Below, piece after piece: positions 56,751-64,000 of a stretch of 64,000 nt of DNA. The notes beneath the pieces were generated by a model. That model was given only the letters and a program-made list of their open reading frames with translations, made no database searches and was not told the DNA's origin. The stretch is from an uncultured Peptostreptococcaceae bacterium (GTDB lineage Bacteria; Bacillota; Clostridia; Peptostreptococcales; Acidaminobacteraceae): NCBI GenBank assembly GCA_964424355.1, contig CAYRIO010000014.1, positions 2,890 to 66,889 of the forward strand. The letters run 5' to 3'. Both the position numbers and the translations under genes were made by a program. The number at the start of each line of letters is the position of its first letter. The first letter of the stretch is position 1.

Positions 56751-57080
56751 CTAATACCTCCCGTTCCTTTTCCCAACCACTTTTTTCAACTCCAACACTT
56801 TCCTTACTGCCAGTTTCAAAGTCCACCCGAGCGCCGCTATGGAGCTTATCAGCATTGGTATAGAGACAATAGCCGGTAGGTTGGGATCAAGGCCGATGAA
56901 GTATGCAGCCACAAAGGGATATATAATAATCATGGTTTCTTTTCTTGGCATTATCCTGATTTTTCTCATTTTTCTATTTTTAACCTCCGAATGATGTTTT
57001 TTTACCGTGTAGCAGACTACACGGCTTAAAATTCTATCCATCTTTTGTTTTATCCGATAGGACTTTTTGAAAGTTAACAT
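56751..57080 (-). CDS. small membrane protein (hypothetical)
   Basis: The ORF has a basic N-terminus and two hydrophobic segments. The start is uncertain. Confidence 0.4.
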   Translation of the reverse strand: MLTFKKSYRIKQKMDRILSRVVCYTVKKHHSEVKNRKMRKIRIMPRKETMIIIYPFVAAYFIGLDPNLPAIVSIPMLISSIAALGWTLKLAVRKVLELKKVVGKRNGRY

Positions 57081-57361
57081 TCAAAACCATCATTCAAATG
57101 CGAGGTCAGGATCTTGTTTTTAACTCTTGGATCGACCATGCAGCTTGGACGGATTCGATGCTTTTCGAAATTGTAGATTTTATCTGCGTTCTTGTACAGA
57201 TACTTGTCTCCGGCAATGATGCAGAACAGAATTTTTCGGCTTAGATCATCATCACTGGTCTGGTCTCTAATCATCAGTTTGAATTGCCGCTTAATGAACT
57301 TACTTGGGAAACACCGACCTTTAATATCGCCGCTTTGAATAGTATCACTAAACCAAGACAT
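57074..57361 (-). CDS. hypothetical protein
   Basis: This 95-aa ORF is tightly packed between its neighbours. No family was recognised. Confidence 0.4.
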   Translation of the reverse strand: MSWFSDTIQSGDIKGRCFPSKFIKRQFKLMIRDQTSDDDLSRKILFCIIAGDKYLYKNADKIYNFEKHRIRPSCMVDPRVKNKILTSHLNDGFEC

Positions 57362-57384
57362 AAACGGGTCCTCCTTTCATATCT

Positions 57385-57723
57385 CTATGACATCCTCATT
57401 AGCTTGCTTAAAAGCTCATTCACCAATCCAACAATCCTTTCCTGAGCAGCTACCATCTCGTTGATATCCGCTTCATCAATATGCTTGCATTCATTTGCAA
57501 CACGGGCGATTTGATTCACATTGCTCCCGATTTTGCCCAACTCTCCTGTGAGCTTTTTCACATCGCTATAATCTTTTTTGATAACATATCCATCGATAGC
57601 CATTTTCCGCAGATACCCTCCTTTGTTCCTTGTTCCAAGCTGCTTCATCTTTGTTTCAATCATTTCGATTTCTTCGTTTGTCACCATGAAATAGATCGGT
57701 ATTGTCCGATATCTTTCTGCCAT
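57385..57723 (-). CDS. MobC-like relaxosome accessory protein
   Basis: The ATG at 57723 follows AGGGAGG. An RHH-like N-terminus (IPIYFMVTNEEIEMIETKMKQLG) is present, and LGKIGSNVNQIARVAN matches the MobC signature. Confidence 0.7.
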   Translation of the reverse strand: MAERYRTIPIYFMVTNEEIEMIETKMKQLGTRNKGGYLRKMAIDGYVIKKDYSDVKKLTGELGKIGSNVNQIARVANECKHIDEADINEMVAAQERIVGLVNELLSKLMRMS

Positions 57724-57960
57724 CGCAGCCTCCCTTGCAGGCTCTATAAAAGGGGATTGGGGGAAACCCCAACAAGCGGAAACATCAAAGCATCCAACGG
57801 ATGATTTTGATCGTTTCGGGCAAGTGTATATACACTTGCAATGCTTGCTATCCTCAAAAACGTTATTGCACAAGAACCAGAAACCCCAATCCGCCTTCGG
57901 CTATCCTCGCTCAAATTCTCGCTCGGAAAGCATGATGGATTGAATCTAAATCCCCCATCC

Positions 57961-58947
57961 TTAAACTTCAAGAGCATTCAGCTTCACCTTATAGGTCAAC
58001 AGGCTATTCCAGATGCAGGATTTCATGTATGGGATAACAGCCCGAATTTCCTGCTGCCTGCTCACATCATCAAACTCAAATACAAACGCATGAACGAACT
58101 CCATTATGTTCAACAAACCGTAGGACCAATCTATTCTCTGGTTAATCATATCTATTACCTTTGCGTAGGTTACCGCAGACCCTTTATACTTCTCGACACC
58201 GTCCATGCATGCCATATCGATAAGGCACACCATAAACAGCTTGTAGATTTCTTGCTTGGATTCTTCATGGTAGCCTTGGATGCTATAGCTGTCCCAATTG
58301 GTTAGAATATGAATAGCTCTTGTCATTTTTCCTCTGTCAGCTTTAAATGAATATGGGATGCCCCTGTTGGATCGTATTTCGTATTCAATATCGTCTGAAC
58401 GGCTATGAGCTTTACCGGTCATGAAGTCAATCACTCCATCATATTGATAGATTGATTCATCAGTATAATCATTATTTAGTTCTATTGGTTCTTTAGTTAA
58501 ATCATTATTTAGTAGCTTCGGGTTTTCCGTATTCGGTTTATCCGTTTTCGGATTCTCCGGATACGGTTTAACCGGATACGGATTTCCCGTTTCTGGTTGA
58601 ACGCCTTCATTCTCAATATTAAAGCCAGATTCTGTGCTCGGAAGCTCATAAACACTGTATAAGTATCCTCTCAGAAGCCCCCTTTCATCTCTGTTAATCT
58701 CACGAGTGCAATACCCATACTTCATCAACTCTTTTATGCCGGATGCCGTCCCATCTCTGCCATCTGCAGCATGCTTTTTAAGTTCATTCACGTAGATTTT
58801 CCAATCATCCGGCAGTGCCAACAAATAGCTCATCAGCCCCTTCGCCTTCCAGCTCAGCCTTGGATCATTGATTACCGCCTTATCTATCATCACATAAGGA
58901 TTTTCTCTGTGTTTTACCCTAATCATGGTTTTGGACGAGTTCGACAT
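57961..58947 (-). CDS. winged-helix replication initiator / replisome-organiser-like protein
   Basis: YVMIDKAVINDPRLSWKAKGLMSYLLALPDDWKIYVNELKKHA...GIKELMKYGY is typical of DnaD/Rep-type N-domains on Firmicute mobile elements. A Pro-rich pentapeptide linker follows. Confidence 0.6.
   Translation of the reverse strand: MSNSSKTMIRVKHRENPYVMIDKAVINDPRLSWKAKGLMSYLLALPDDWKIYVNELKKHAADGRDGTASGIKELMKYGYCTREINRDERGLLRGYLYSVYELPSTESGFNIENEGVQPETGNPYPVKPYPENPKTDKPNTENPKLLNNDLTKEPIELNNDYTDESIYQYDGVIDFMTGKAHSRSDDIEYEIRSNRGIPYSFKADRGKMTRAIHILTNWDSYSIQGYHEESKQEIYKLFMVCLIDMACMDGVEKYKGSAVTYAKVIDMINQRIDWSYGLLNIMEFVHAFVFEFDDVSRQQEIRAVIPYMKSCIWNSLLTYKVKLNALEV
58527..58601. repeat. five imperfect 15-bp tandem repeats inside the rep-like gene
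   Basis: The units are CCGTATTCGGTTTAT / CCGTTTTCGGATTCT / CCGGATACGGTTTAA / CCGGATACGGATTTC / CCGTTTCTGGTTGAA. Confidence 0.7.
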
Positions 58948-58978
58948 TATAGCCCCACCTCTTTTTCACTGCCGCTAC

Positions 58979-59296
58979 TTATTTTGCATCTATAACACAC
59001 TGAATTTCTTTGAGCAACGCTCTGATTTCTAGCAGTAGCTTTTCAATTTCATCTGAATCATCCGATAGGATTCTACTGCATTCTTCTCTCAATTTCTTGA
59101 TTTCAAGACTCAGCCGGTCGCTTTGGTACCTTCCTGCCATGATGTTGATTTGACTCTCTAAAATCGATCTGCGTATGAACTCTGCCTTCGGCGTGCCGCT
59201 GACTTTATAACGCGCTTTAATCAATCGGCCTTCTTCAGGCGAAACACGGAAGGATATGGTTTTATTTCGAAAACGGTTATAATCTAATCCCGGCAT
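58979..59296 (-). CDS. ribbon-helix-helix-like small protein (MobC N-domain-like)
   Basis: KTISFRVSPEEGRLIKARYKVSGTPKAEFIRRSIL is an RHH pattern. The start overlaps the integrase stop. Confidence 0.5.
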   Translation of the reverse strand: MPGLDYNRFRNKTISFRVSPEEGRLIKARYKVSGTPKAEFIRRSILESQINIMAGRYQSDRLSLEIKKLREECSRILSDDSDEIEKLLLEIRALLKEIQCVIDAK

Positions 59297-60360
59297 TCAA
59301 AATCCTCCTTAAACTCCTCTGCCAGTTTATTTGCAATTGCTTCTTGCTTATTTGGATACAAATGAGCATATACCATCGTAGAATGTAACGAAGAATGACC
59401 GAGGCGCTGTCCAATTTCCAAAATAGGAAAATTCAATTCGATTAAATGGGCCACATGCGAATGCCTCAATGAATGAGTTTTGATTTTTTTAACCCCACTG
59501 ATCCTTACGCCACGCTTCATTTCACTCATCAAGTACCCCTTCGTAATCGGAAACAGTCTGTCATTGTCAGCAATCCCATAACAACTCTGAATAAAATCGT
59601 TGAGTATTTCTGAAAGAAATTCGGGTATACTGACCTCACGCCTACTTTTTGGAGTCTTCGGCTCTGTAATAACATCCCGACCGCTCAGTCTTTGATATGA
59701 CTTCGTAATTGAAATGGTTTTTTTATCAGTATTAATATCTGTTTTAGAAAGTGCCATAAGTTCGCCAATACGAATTCCGGTGTAATAAAGCGTCATAAAG
59801 GCAACATACGACACGCGTTTATCCATCACAGCATCAATGAACTTAGAAAATTCTTCTTTAGTCCAAAACTCCATCTCATCAGCCTTATTTCTTCCCATTG
59901 TTTCGCCTTTAGAGCATGGATTGCTTTTCAAATCGTGATATCTAACAGCATGTGAAAAGATTGCATTTAATTGATTTTGTATCGTACGAAGATAAGTTTG
60001 CGAATATCCCTGATTAATCAAACCGTTCTGCCACTTACGTATGTGAACCGGCTTTGTTTCATTCATCTTAAGACGGCCCAGTACAGGACTGATTTTTAAA
60101 TCAATAATGTACTTTTTTGTCCTCATTGTGTGTTCTCTTAATCGCGGCCCAACGTCTGCATAATACAACTGGATATAGTCAGCTAGCAGCATGTTTAAAT
60201 CTACTTGTTGGGTCATTATATAGTTCCTGAGCCACTCTTCCGCTTCCCTCTTTGTTGAAAACCCTCGTTTTGTAGATTTTTTAGTGTTTCCAAAAACGTC
60301 CTTGATTCGATATTGAATCTTCCACTTTCCAGCGATGCTGTCTTTTTGAGCTTTCAGAAT
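59284..60360 (-). CDS. int: tyrosine recombinase/integrase; the arm-binding N-domain lies upstream of the first ATG
   Basis: The catalytic region is HSLRHSHVAHL...LGHSSLHSTMVYAHL. The first ATG is at 60216, but the frame stays open to 60363. That extension encodes KWKIQYRIKDVFGNTKKSTKRGFSTKREAEEWL, an Arm/AP2-like domain. Only ATT (60360) or CTG (60357) is available as a start, after AAAGGGGTGA. Confidence 0.8.
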   Translation of the reverse strand: MLKAQKDSIAGKWKIQYRIKDVFGNTKKSTKRGFSTKREAEEWLRNYIMTQQVDLNMLLADYIQLYYADVGPRLREHTMRTKKYIIDLKISPVLGRLKMNETKPVHIRKWQNGLINQGYSQTYLRTIQNQLNAIFSHAVRYHDLKSNPCSKGETMGRNKADEMEFWTKEEFSKFIDAVMDKRVSYVAFMTLYYTGIRIGELMALSKTDINTDKKTISITKSYQRLSGRDVITEPKTPKSRREVSIPEFLSEILNDFIQSCYGIADNDRLFPITKGYLMSEMKRGVRISGVKKIKTHSLRHSHVAHLIELNFPILEIGQRLGHSSLHSTMVYAHLYPNKQEAIANKLAEEFKEDFECRD

Positions 60361-60378
60361 TTGTCACCCCTTTATGCA

Positions 60379-60561
60379 CTATGATTGAAAAAAGCGTTTT
60401 TCGAAATACTTTGCTGGTATACGGCCTGTGATAACGATATATCCGCTTTCTTCTAGTTCTTTGTTGAGCTTTCGTATAATCCTGTAACTTGATCCGACTG
60501 AAATTTGTAGCAGTTCACTCAAATCGTGCGCACGAAGCATAAGTTTGTCATCTGTTTTCAT
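60379..60561 (-). CDS. excisionase-like small HTH protein
   Basis: It is 60 aa. LRAHDLSELLQISVGSSYRIIRKLNKELEE is an HTH pattern, and the gene lies directly upstream of int. Confidence 0.65.
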   Translation of the reverse strand: MKTDDKLMLRAHDLSELLQISVGSSYRIIRKLNKELEESGYIVITGRIPAKYFEKRFFQS

Positions 60562-60581
60562 AAAATGATTCTCCTTTCAAT

Positions 60582-60659
60582 AATGTAACTCATTAGCTAC
60601 ATTTGTTTTTCGCCGCATTATATGCCACATTTTCAACATTGTCAAATTTGAGTTACATT
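60582..60659. promoter_or_regulatory. divergent switch region with 11-bp inverted repeats
   Basis: AATGTAACTCA (60582-60592) and TGAGTTACATT (60649-60659) are perfect reverse complements. They lie between the xis-like and XRE genes. Confidence 0.5.
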
Positions 60660-60718
60660 TTTGAATGCACATAACTCCTCTATATTCTTTGTGATACTAT
60701 AAACATGGTGGTGATAAA

Positions 60719-61363
60719 ATGACAATCGGCGAAAAAATACGGTATTTCCGAAAACAACGCGGCATGAACCAACTACAATTAGCTGAGTCCGCAGGTATCC
60801 ACCACGTTTCGATACGTAAATACGAAACAAATAGATCACAACCCCAATTCTCCCAAATTGAAAAAATCTCACAAGCCTTGAACATCAGCACAAATGTTTT
60901 TGTAGATTCAGAGGCCGCTCACTTTCGTTTTGAGACAGTCGGAGATCTAATGGGGATACTAATTATCCTATGCAACTCAAAAATCATTAGTATTACCGGA
61001 GAAAGAACGGTCGATGGATTCATTAGCAACGAAACCATCTCAATAAGAATCAACCCTGTCCTTGCATCTTTTTTTGCGTTCTGTACCGATAACTATTCAA
61101 ATGGCAAAACCCTTTTAACTCTCAACGAAATTCACTTATTGATAGCAAACCCTCTCATTTTACCGGATATTCTTAAATGGGAACGGATTAGCCACCTGTA
61201 TGATATCGCTATTTCTAAACACAGCGATAATGCTAATGAAGCTACAAAGCTAGCTTTTAAAGAACTTTCCTCAATAAAAGAACAGTTTGAGTTAGAAATG
61301 CAGCGTTCTATGATACACCTTGATTTGTCTGACGGAATCAGAGTTAGAATGACAGAATATTAG
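60719..61363 (+). CDS. XRE-family HTH regulator (element repressor candidate)
   Basis: MTIGEKIRYFRKQRGMNQLQLAESAGIHHVSIRKYE is a classic XRE HTH. The 150-aa C-terminal domain is unrecognised. Confidence 0.8.
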   Translation: MTIGEKIRYFRKQRGMNQLQLAESAGIHHVSIRKYETNRSQPQFSQIEKISQALNISTNVFVDSEAAHFRFETVGDLMGILIILCNSKIISITGERTVDGFISNETISIRINPVLASFFAFCTDNYSNGKTLLTLNEIHLLIANPLILPDILKWERISHLYDIAISKHSDNANEATKLAFKELSSIKEQFELEMQRSMIHLDLSDGIRVRMTEY

Positions 61364-61366
61364 TTT

Positions 61367-61386
61367 TGGAGTCAAAACGGAGTCAA
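61367..61386 (+). repeat. paired arm-type repeats TGGAGTCAA-N2-CGGAGTCAA
   Basis: It has the same GGAGTCA pair with 11-bp spacing as 42331-42350, in the same orientation, about 60 bp from the att core. Confidence 0.55.
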
Positions 61387-61397
61387 AAAATAAAAAG

Positions 61398-61435
61398 AAC
61401 CCCGAAAACATTGTTTTAGCAATGCTTTCGGGGTT
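61398..61435. terminator. bidirectional terminator serving guaA and the XRE gene
   Basis: The arms AACCCCGAAAACATTG and CAATGCTTTCGGGGTT pair with one mismatch. A and T runs flank the stem. Confidence 0.75.
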
Positions 61436-61443
61436 TGTTGTTA

Positions 61444-62985
61444 CTATTCCATCTCTATAGTCCCCGGCGGTTTCCCCGTGCAGTCATAGAACACACGGTT
61501 CACGCCTTTGACTTCATTTACGATTCGTGTCGTTACTTTGCCCAACAGCTCCCAGGGCAGCTCTGCACTTTCCGCTGTCATGAAGTCGGAGGTGGTGACG
61601 GCCCGAAGTACGACGGCATAGTCGTAGGTTCTAAAATCTCCCATGACGCCGACGGAGCGCATGTTGGTCAGGGCTGCAAAGTACTGGTTGATCTCTTTAT
61701 CGACACCGGCTTTTGCGACCTCTTCACGGTAGATGGCATCGGCTTCCTGGACGATTTTCACCTTTTCCGCGGTGACTTCGCCGATGATGCGGATCCCTAG
61801 ACCGGGGCCGGGGAAGGGCTGCCGGAATACCAGCTCGTGGGGGATACCCAGCTCCAGCCCTGCTTTTCGCACTTCATCCTTAAAGAGCATCCGAAGGGGC
61901 TCGACGATTTCTTTGAAGTCCACACAATCGGGGAGTCCGCCCACGTTGTGGTGGGATTTGATGACTGCGGATTCTCCATGGCCACTTTCGATGACATCGG
62001 GATAGATGGTTCCCTGAACCAGGAAGTCCACGGTGCCGATTTTCTTCGCTTCTTCTTCGAACACGCGGATGAATTCTTCCCCGATGACCTTTCGCTTGGC
62101 CTCCGGCTCTTCAATGCCCTGGAGCTTTGCATAGAACCGTTCCTGGGCGTTGACCCGGATGAAGTTCAGATCATAGTCGCCCCCTGGACCGAAGACGGCT
62201 TCCACTTCATCCCCCTCATTCTTCCGAAGGAGACCATGGTCCACAAAGACGCAGGTGAGCTGGCTGCCCACTGCCTTTGAAAGCAGCACCGCGGCCACGG
62301 AGGAATCCACGCCTCCGGAAAGGGCGCAAAGCACCTTGCCGTTTCCGACCTTTTCCTTGATGGTCCGAATGGCTTCTTCCACAAAGGAATCCATCTTCCA
62401 GTCGCCCTTGCAGCCGCAGACATCCTTGACGAAGGCTCCCAGCATTTTTGTTCCTTCCTGGGTGTGGTTCACTTCCGGATGGTGCTGCATGGCATAGAGG
62501 TTCTTTTCGGTGTTTTCCATGGCTGCCACGGGGCATACCGGGGTGGAGGCCGTGATGACAAAGCCTGCCGGCACCTGTGAGATATAGTCCGTATGACTCA
62601 TCCAACAGATGGTCTTCTCGGAGACCTCCTTGAACAGCATGGATTTCCGGTCGACCGTCACTTCCGTTCTTCCGTACTCGGATACCGGCGCGGTTTCCAC
62701 CTTGCCGCCCAGTTGATGGGCCAGGAGCTGTGCGCCGTAGCACAGGCCCAGAATGGGAATCCCCATTTGGTACAGTTCCGGCTGACACTGGGGCGAATCC
62801 TCTCCATAAACGCTGTTGGGCCCCCCCGTAAGGATGATGCCCTTGGGATTGATTTGCTTGATCTCCTCAAGGGAAATCGTGTAGGGGTGCACTTCGCAGT
62901 AGACGCTCAGTTCCCTTACTCTTCTTGCAATCAGCTGATTATACTGACCACCAAAGTCCAAAACGATTATTTTTTCCTGCTGCAT
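61444..62985 (-). CDS. guaA: GMP synthase (glutamine-hydrolysing)
   Basis: The GATase Cys lies in [10 protein letters not shown] and the PP-loop is SGGVDSSV. The C-terminus KPPGTIEME is typical. It is 513 aa. Confidence 0.95.
   Translation of the reverse strand: MQQEKIIVLDFGGQYNQLIARRVRELSVYCEVHPYTISLEEIKQINPKGIILTGGPNSVYGEDSPQCQPELYQMGIPILGLCYGAQLLAHQLGGKVETAPVSEYGRTEVTVDRKSMLFKEVSEKTICWMSHTDYISQVPAGFVITASTPVCPVAAMENTEKNLYAMQHHPEVNHTQEGTKMLGAFVKDVCGCKGDWKMDSFVEEAIRTIKEKVGNGKVLCALSGGVDSSVAAVLLSKAVGSQLTCVFVDHGLLRKNEGDEVEAVFGPGGDYDLNFIRVNAQERFYAKLQGIEEPEAKRKVIGEEFIRVFEEEAKKIGTVDFLVQGTIYPDVIESGHGESAVIKSHHNVGGLPDCVDFKEIVEPLRMLFKDEVRKAGLELGIPHELVFRQPFPGPGLGIRIIGEVTAEKVKIVQEADAIYREEVAKAGVDKEINQYFAALTNMRSVGVMGDFRTYDYAVVLRAVTTSDFMTAESAELPWELLGKVTTRIVNEVKGVNRVFYDCTGKPPGTIEME
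61445..61455. repeat. att core copy overlapping the guaA stop codon
   Basis: TATTCCATCTC is identical to 42218-42228. Confidence 0.7.
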
Positions 62986-63035
62986 GATAGGCCTCTTTCG
63001 CTCTGCATTATTCAGTAACGGTGATTGAAGTCAGA

Positions 63036-64000
63036 TTACCTGGCAATATTGGAAGTATCCTTCAGGATGACATCGTGGGCGCCGCCTTCTACGATACTGG
63101 TGGCAGAAACCAGTGTCAACTTTGCATTTTTCTGAAGCTCCGGAATCGTCAGGGAGCCGCAGTTGCACATGGTGGATTTCACCTTGCTCAGGGACAGCTG
63201 AACATTGTCCTTCAAGCTGCCCGCATAGGGCACGTAGGAATCGACACCCTCTTCGAACTTCAGCTTGCCGTCGCCGCCCAGATCATAGCGCTGCCAGTTT
63301 CGGGCCCGGTTGGAGCCTTCGCCCCAGTATTCCTTCACGTAGGTTCCGTTGATGTTCAATTTATTGGTGGGAGATTCATCGAATCGGGAGAAGTATCTTC
63401 CCAGCATGATGAAATCAGAGCCCATGGCCAGGGCCAGGGTCATATGGTAATCATAGACGATGCCGCCGTCGGAACAGATGGGAACGTAGATCCCCGTTTC
63501 TTCATAATACGTGTTGCGGGCTTGTGCCACTTCGATAACCGCCGTTGCCTGCCCTCTGCCGATGCCCTTCATTTCCCGGGTGATGCAGATGGAGCCGCCG
63601 CCAATCCCAATCTTGATGAAGTCCGCTCCAGCCTCGGCCAAATAACGGAAGCCCTCTTCGTCCACCACGTTTCCTGCGCCGATCTTCACCGTATCGCCAT
63701 AGGTGGCTCTGACAAAGTCGATGGTATCCTTCTGCCACTCCGAAAAACCCTCGGATGAGTCGATGCACAGCACATCTGCGCCGGCTGCCACCAGGGCGGG
63801 GATTCGCTCTTCGTAGTCCCGTGTATTGATACCGGCGCCTACAATGTATCGTTTGTCGGCGTCGAGGAGTTCGTTGGGGTTTTCTTTATGGCTGTCGTAG
63901 TCCTTGCGGAATACGAAGTGGGTCAGGCGCCGATTCTTATCGATGACAGGAAGGGCGTTGAGCCTGTGCTCCCAAAGCATATCGTTCGCTTCAGACAGGG
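63036..64000 (-). CDS. IMP dehydrogenase family protein, 5' part beyond the window
   Basis: [12 protein letters not shown] is the catalytic Cys loop. A TIM-barrel pattern is visible, and a CBS-like segment lies near the window end. The frame is still open at position 64000. Confidence 0.8.
   Translation of the reverse strand, partial: LSEANDMLWEHRLNALPVIDKNRRLTHFVFRKDYDSHKENPNELLDADKRYIVGAGINTRDYEERIPALVAAGADVLCIDSSEGFSEWQKDTIDFVRATYGDTVKIGAGNVVDEEGFRYLAEAGADFIKIGIGGGSICITREMKGIGRGQATAVIEVAQARNTYYEETGIYVPICSDGGIVYDYHMTLALAMGSDFIMLGRYFSRFDESPTNKLNINGTYVKEYWGEGSNRARNWQRYDLGGDGKLKFEEGVDSYVPYAGSLKDNVQLSLSKVKSTMCNCGSLTIPELQKNAKLTLVSATSIVEGGAHDVILKDTSNIAR

Larger units (their letters stand above)
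42218..61455. mobile_element. integrative (mobilisable-type) element of about 19.2 kb inserted in the 3' end of guaA
   Basis: An 11-bp direct repeat, TATTCCATCTC, lies at both ends. The composition turns AT-rich sharply inside. A tyrosine integrase, an Xis-like gene and an XRE gene sit next to the guaA-proximal end. Paired arm-type repeats lie inside both ends. Confidence 0.75.

Noticed and set aside
60642-60891. Two minus-strand ORFs (76 and 64 aa) overlapping the start of the XRE gene.
   Set aside because: They overlap a gene with a textbook HTH motif, and their products have no features of real proteins.
1-64000. I looked for CRISPR arrays, rRNA genes and IS transposases.
   Set aside because: No regularly spaced 25-40 bp repeats and no transposase-like ORFs were seen. 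The only tandem repeat is the 5 x 15 bp unit inside the rep-like gene.

Overview
This window comes from a Gram-positive, Clostridia-like chromosome. The evidence is GGAGG-type ribosome-binding sites, SLH, WG-repeat and copper-amine-oxidase-stalk proteins, and a lipobox lipoprotein. It has three parts. (1) Positions 1-16.4 kb hold a surface-polysaccharide locus. It contains CDP-3,6-dideoxyhexose genes (rfbF, rfbG, an RmlC-type epimerase, rfbH), five glycosyltransferases, Wzx, a Wzy-like protein, a Wzz-like protein with a degenerate kinase domain, a radical SAM/SPASM enzyme and manC. (2) Positions 16.5-42 kb hold mixed core and accessory genes. These include phosphoglucomutase, a rhomboid protease, ptsI, a CadC/CadA metal-efflux operon with a clear promoter and operator, an operon led by a 1430-aa double-activase fusion protein, cell-surface proteins, and a flavodoxin/FMN pair. 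(3) Positions 42.2-61.5 kb are a visibly AT-rich integrative element of about 19.2 kb, inserted into the 3' end of guaA and bounded by an 11-bp direct repeat. Its backbone has an integrase, an Xis-like gene, an XRE switch, a replication gene with internal iteron-like repeats, and a MobC-like gene, but no relaxase. Its cargo is one co-oriented defence block: an HTH gene plus type I R-M (hsdR, hsdM, hsdS), followed by a three-gene TIR / caspase-like protease / mini-TIR cassette. A HigB / HigA-ImmA module also lies in the element. The TIR-caspase-TIR cassette (42681-45955) is the best candidate for a new or poorly described immune system. No rRNA, tRNA, CRISPR array or transposase was found. All protein-family calls rest on motifs recognised by eye, because no database search was possible.
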